Below, in pieces: positions 62,737-64,000 of a stretch of 64,000 bases of DNA. Numbering within the stretch: the stretch's first letter is position 1; each line of letters begins with the position of its first letter. Source of the stretch: Macrostomum lignano (lineage: Eukaryota); NCBI GenBank assembly GCA_002269645.1, contig NIVC01000200.1:248001-312000 (forward strand), in the 5' to 3' direction. The translations under genes and the position numbers were made by a program. The notes under the pieces were generated by a model. That model searched no databases and had not been told where the DNA came from. It saw only the letters and a list, made by a program, of their open reading frames with translations.

Positions 62737-64000
62737 ATGAGCCGCAAAAGCACCAGCGACAGCTCGAGTTCGGAAGCGCCTCCCGCTACCCCAACTCCTC
62801 TCTGCATCATCTGCGACCAAGCTGCAGTCGGTGTGGCTCCGTTCTCCCTCTCCCACATGTGCAGTCAGCACCTCAGTGTCGATGTGGCCAATCTATTCAA
62901 GCTCAAGGAGGAGGTCGATGAGCTGCTGCGTGCCTACTCACAAGAGTCGCAAGAGTCGCAAGGCGCAGCAGGTGCAGCTGGCCGTGCAGCGCTGCTGCGA
63001 CACCGACAAGACGCTGAGTCGCTGCGTCGTCTCGCTCTCGACATCCAACAGCAGCTGCAAGACGTCAATCACAAATTCGATTTGGTACAGCAACACATCG
63101 ACTCGTTTCGTAGCAGGGTGACGGGCCAGCTCTCAGGTGTGCTTGAGTCAGTCCGTGTGTGCGAGCGGGACCTCGAGGACGTCTCCAGCTACAAGCAGGA
63201 GGTGGCCACGGCCGAGGCTGCAGGCGACATGGCGGAGCTGCTTCGCCTGGTCCAGTCCATGCACGAATCGCTTGGAGACTTGGAGGCCGACTTTGAGAGG
63301 TCAGAGCGCCTGCTCAGAGACCAGCGCGACAATGAGGAGCTGCAGCTGCGGCTTCTGGGCCAGCTCGAGCGGCTGGTCGGCATTTGTGCGGGACGCAGTG
63401 AAGAGGGCGACTGGTCGAGAGACGCTGCGGTGACTGCGACATCCGAGGAGATAGACAGAGATATAGCTGCTCAGAGAGAGAGACTTTTGGAGCCGATGGT
63501 CTTCAGTCACGATGTGAAGCTGGATGACGATCCTGCATTGCTGGCTGTGTGCAGCGACACCAGCGGATTCGTTGGTAACCTCTCAGGCCGTGTGGTTCCC
63601 GCCGACTCAGCGGGAGACTGCAGCAAAACTCTGCCTCAACCCTGCATCATTGCATCATTCTATCTGAACAGAGACCACCTACTGCTGCTGTCTGTGAACG
63701 GCTCACAGAAGCTGCGGTGCCACTGCGACATCGACTGGAAGCAGTGCATCCGTGGCCTTCACTGCGACCGTCAACTGCTGTTTATTGCTCAGGATGACGC
63801 AGTGACAGTGACGGACCTGAGCGGTCGCAAGGTGCGTCGAGTCCGCCCACACATCGAGGGCTTCGGTGCCATCAGTGGAATCGGCGGCAACGCAGCCTCC
63901 GTGTTTGTGTCTAGTGGAAACAAAATTGCTGCATTCAGCAAAGCGACTTGGCAGATTGAGACGGTCATCACGCTGTCTCAGCTTCCTAATGCTAATCTGC
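62737..64000 (+). CDS. Zn-finger/coiled-coil/NHL protein, copy 5, open to the window end
   Basis: ATG at 62737 (MSRKSTSDSSSSEAPP..). I translated it without a stop to 64000 (..TLSQLPNANL). It is absent from the ORF track, presumably because no stop falls inside the window. Confidence 0.88.
   Translation, partial: MSRKSTSDSSSSEAPPATPTPLCIICDQAAVGVAPFSLSHMCSQHLSVDVANLFKLKEEVDELLRAYSQESQESQGAAGAAGRAALLRHRQDAESLRRLALDIQQQLQDVNHKFDLVQQHIDSFRSRVTGQLSGVLESVRVCERDLEDVSSYKQEVATAEAAGDMAELLRLVQSMHESLGDLEADFERSERLLRDQRDNEELQLRLLGQLERLVGICAGRSEEGDWSRDAAVTATSEEIDRDIAAQRERLLEPMVFSHDVKLDDDPALLAVCSDTSGFVGNLSGRVVPADSAGDCSKTLPQPCIIASFYLNRDHLLLLSVNGSQKLRCHCDIDWKQCIRGLHCDRQLLFIAQDDAVTVTDLSGRKVRRVRPHIEGFGAISGIGGNAASVFVSSGNKIAAFSKATWQIETVITLSQLPNANL

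Overview
Eukaryotic (metazoan) genomic DNA with GC-rich exons, GT-AG introns and more than 30 distinct mini/microsatellite arrays. The style resembles a free-living flatworm such as Macrostomum; this is an inference and was not checked. Most long ORFs in the supplied track are repeat artefacts. Spliced genes reconstructed by hand: (1) the 3' part of a type I PIP5-kinase (3.6-18.5 kb, +), with one intron holding a CCC-ended TIR element that contains a frameshifted DD34D mariner; (2) a voltage-gated proton channel (Hv1)-like gene (22.4-37.5 kb, +) with the S1 selectivity Asp, only two S4 arginines and a ~100-aa S1-S2 loop; (3) five paralogous intronless-CDS genes encoding Zn-finger/coiled-coil/NHL beta-propeller (RING-less TRIM-NHL-like) proteins (38-64 kb, +), interleaved with glyoxalase I (one full copy, one orphan exon), a frameshifted NCOA5-like gene, an iGluR-like exon and retroelement remnants. 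The main finding is the NHL cluster. The N-terminal halves are nearly identical, while whole codons are replaced at equivalent loops of the propeller blades, shared variants form a patchwork and some copies are decaying. This looks like a diversifying, birth-and-death ligand-recognition family. Secondary findings are the atypical Hv channel and a tandem array of decoy splice acceptors upstream of the iGluR exon.
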